Source: a candidate division WWE3 bacterium
GTDB taxonomy: Bacteria > Patescibacteriota > WWE3 > UBA101185 > UBA10185
DNA: 64,000 bases
Assembly (NCBI GenBank): GCA_052035175.1
Contig: JBPOHV010000001.1
Location: 459,338-523,337 of the forward strand
Direction of reading: 5' to 3'
Each line of letters opens with the position of its first letter. The first letter of the stretch is position 1. A model generated the notes under the pieces. It did no database searches and had not been told where the DNA came from. It saw only the letters and a list, made by a program, of their open reading frames with translations. Below, one piece after another: positions 62,136 to 64,000 of the stretch. Position numbers and translations under genes: made by a program.

Positions 62136-63464
62136 ATGAAAACAAAATATTATGTAAAAGGCATGCATTGCGCAAGCTGCGAAATACTTATAGAAAAAGG
62201 CTTGATGAAGTTGGATGAGGTTTCTGATGCTCAAGTTTCATTAAAAAATAATACTGTAGAAATAACAGCTGCAAAACAATATGATGCACAGTTTTTAACC
62301 GATAAATTTTCTGATGCGGGTTATTCGTTTTACAATGATAAGCCGCTTATAAACACAACGCAGAAAGACGTGAAACAAGTGATGTTAATCTTTGGACTTT
62401 TTGTTTTTGTGTTTTTAACATTTGAAAAAACAAGTATGTTTTCGACATTTTCTGTAAATGCCAACTCGTCAGTTTTTAATTACTTTGTCTTTGGATTATT
62501 AGCAGGCGTTTCTAGCTGTGCAGCCTTGGTAGGGGGGTTGCTCTTATCAATGTCTAAACAATGGAACACCTTATACAACGGGAATACAAAAGAAAGTAAA
62601 AAACCTTTTATATATTTCAATGTGTCTAGAATTGTAGCTTTTGGTGTTTTGGGAGGTGTGTTAGGGCTAGTAGGTACAGCATTCAAAACTACAATCTTAT
62701 TTTCCACAGCTCTTACAATAATTACGACATTAATAATGCTGAGTATAGGTTTACAAATGCTCAATATCATTTTTTTCAAAAAATTCAAATTAGCTTTGCC
62801 AAAGAAAGTAAGTAAATACATTAATACAGAATCCAACTTTACAGGAAAGTACATGCCTATGATGATAGGTGCATTAACATTCTTTTTGCCATGTGGGTTC
62901 ACATTAATTGCTCAAACAAACGCTCTTGCATCTGGGTCATTTACTCAAGGAGGGCTAATCCTTTTTGCATTTTCGTTGGGAACACTTCCAATGCTTGCTT
63001 TAATTAGTTTTTCGAGTTTCAAGTTTTATACAAATCCAAAGTTTGCAAAAAATTTTAACCTATTTGCAGGTCTACTTATAACTTTTTTTGCACTGTATAC
63101 ACTTAATGCACAATTAAATGTTTTGGGTTATCCAAGTCTTAGTGACATTAAATTTTCAGCTCAAACAACAGAGTCAACTGCTCTTACCTCTGATAATGTA
63201 CAAATTATGCAAATGGAAGCTACAACTTTTGAGTACTCTCCTTCTGTAATAAATATAAAAGCAGGTATTCCTACTAGATGGGAGATTTATAACAGTGGTG
63301 CTGCAGGATGTGCCAATGCTGTGTACGCGCGCGGGCTATATCCTGATGTTATACCATTAAAACCTGGGATGAATATTGTCGAATTTACACCTATAGAAAA
63401 AGGTAGTTATAAGGTTTCATGCTCTATGGGTATGGTTCCTCCTATAACTGTAAATGTAAATTGA
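62136..63464 (+). CDS. Fusion membrane protein: N-terminal heavy-metal-associated (HMA, GMxCxxC) domain, a ~7-TM permease-like core, and a C-terminal cupredoxin-like beta-sandwich with Cys/Met residues
   Basis: The N-terminus KGMHCASCEILIEKG is the HMA motif. The central region has multiple TM helices. The C-terminus is EIYNSGAAGCANAVYARG...SCSMGMVPP. Confidence 0.55.
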   Translation: MKTKYYVKGMHCASCEILIEKGLMKLDEVSDAQVSLKNNTVEITAAKQYDAQFLTDKFSDAGYSFYNDKPLINTTQKDVKQVMLIFGLFVFVFLTFEKTSMFSTFSVNANSSVFNYFVFGLLAGVSSCAALVGGLLLSMSKQWNTLYNGNTKESKKPFIYFNVSRIVAFGVLGGVLGLVGTAFKTTILFSTALTIITTLIMLSIGLQMLNIIFFKKFKLALPKKVSKYINTESNFTGKYMPMMIGALTFFLPCGFTLIAQTNALASGSFTQGGLILFAFSLGTLPMLALISFSSFKFYTNPKFAKNFNLFAGLLITFFALYTLNAQLNVLGYPSLSDIKFSAQTTESTALTSDNVQIMQMEATTFEYSPSVINIKAGIPTRWEIYNSGAAGCANAVYARGLYPDVIPLKPGMNIVEFTPIEKGSYKVSCSMGMVPPITVNVN

Positions 63465-63466
63465 AT

Positions 63467-63982
63467 TTAGTCTTGTTCAATTACTTTATAAGCAACGATC
63501 GATGCAGCGACGTGGACATTGAGGGAATAATTTTTGCCATACATAGGTATATAAACAACTTCATCAGAATGGGCTAAAACCGAATCATAAACGCCTTGTA
63601 CTTCGTTACCCAAGACTAAACAAACTTTTTTGCCATAATCAGCAGTACCATATTCAATAGATTTATCAGTTACTTCCAAAGACACAATTTTATAGCCATC
63701 AGCTTTTAGCTCTTTCAAAGCTTCTTCTGCAGTACCATAATGTTTCCAGTCTACGCGTGCTTCTTGACCCATAGAAGTTACTGCAATATCTGAATTTGGT
63801 GGAGTAGGGGTTCTGCCGGTTAAAATGACTTTTTTAGCCCCAGTAGCATCGGCCAGTCTAAAGATATGGCCTACGTTAAAAGGGCTTTCAAAGCTTAGTA
63901 GTACAAATACAAGATCTACATCGTGCATTTGTACATTTTTATTAAAGAATTTCTTAATCTTTGGACGATTTAAAGGTTTCAT
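63467..63982 (-). CDS. SpoU/TrmH-family (SPOUT) RNA 2'-O-methyltransferase
   Basis: SPOUT motifs VCLVLGNEVQGV and IPMYGKNYSLNVHVAASIVAY. Confidence 0.8.
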   Translation of the reverse strand: MKPLNRPKIKKFFNKNVQMHDVDLVFVLLSFESPFNVGHIFRLADATGAKKVILTGRTPTPPNSDIAVTSMGQEARVDWKHYGTAEEALKELKADGYKIVSLEVTDKSIEYGTADYGKKVCLVLGNEVQGVYDSVLAHSDEVVYIPMYGKNYSLNVHVAASIVAYKVIEQD

Positions 63983-64000
63983 AATGAAATAATGATGTTT

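Overview
This 64-kb window is low-GC bacterial chromosome, densely coded under the standard genetic code. Many genes overlap at their ends in the 4-nt ATGA pattern. All three tRNAs in the window (Lys-UUU, Glu-UUC and His-GUG, the last with an encoded G-1) carry a genomically encoded CCA.

The content reads as a small-genome, monoderm-like uncultivated bacterium, possibly Patescibacteria/CPR-like. The reasons are a sortase with an LAXTG substrate, many secreted or anchored hypothetical proteins, and weak Shine-Dalgarno sequences. This placement is inference only.

Housekeeping genes include:
- the 3' end of polA
- a ClpC-like AAA+ chaperone with an N-terminal zinc ribbon
- rplS
- an RRM RNA-binding protein
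- a cyclophilin
- a PIG-L deacetylase
- an OmpR/histidine-kinase two-component pair
- AlkA-like and second HhH-type DNA glycosylases
- a SpoU methyltransferase

Three regions stand out.

1. A ~15-kb single-strand envelope-glycan locus at 13.4-28.4 kb. In order it encodes a sortase, an LANTG-anchored substrate, a glycoside hydrolase, two GT-C membrane transferases, an SDR, a GT4, a methyltransferase, a CE4 deacetylase, a GT2, a Wzx-like flippase fused to a GT4, and a polyprenyl-phosphate-type GT2 fused to a processive QxxRW synthase-type GT2. A divergent two-component system abuts it.

2. A ~7-kb candidate integrated element at 40.5-47.65 kb. It ends in a large serine recombinase whose ORF runs into the 3' end of tRNA-Glu. 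Its cargo is a PUA/EVE-like domain fused to a PD-(D/E)xK-like nuclease (a candidate modification-dependent restriction enzyme), a SEC-C-motif protein, several small unknown proteins, a nested inverted-repeat structured element, and a decayed NUDIX remnant at the far edge.

3. A 1949-aa surface protein (LamG-like, ~13 Kelch-like propeller blades, FN3 domains). It carries near-identical ~150-bp DNA tandem repeats and is translationally coupled to a MacB/FtsX-type ABC exporter.

No CRISPR array, rRNA or transposase was seen.
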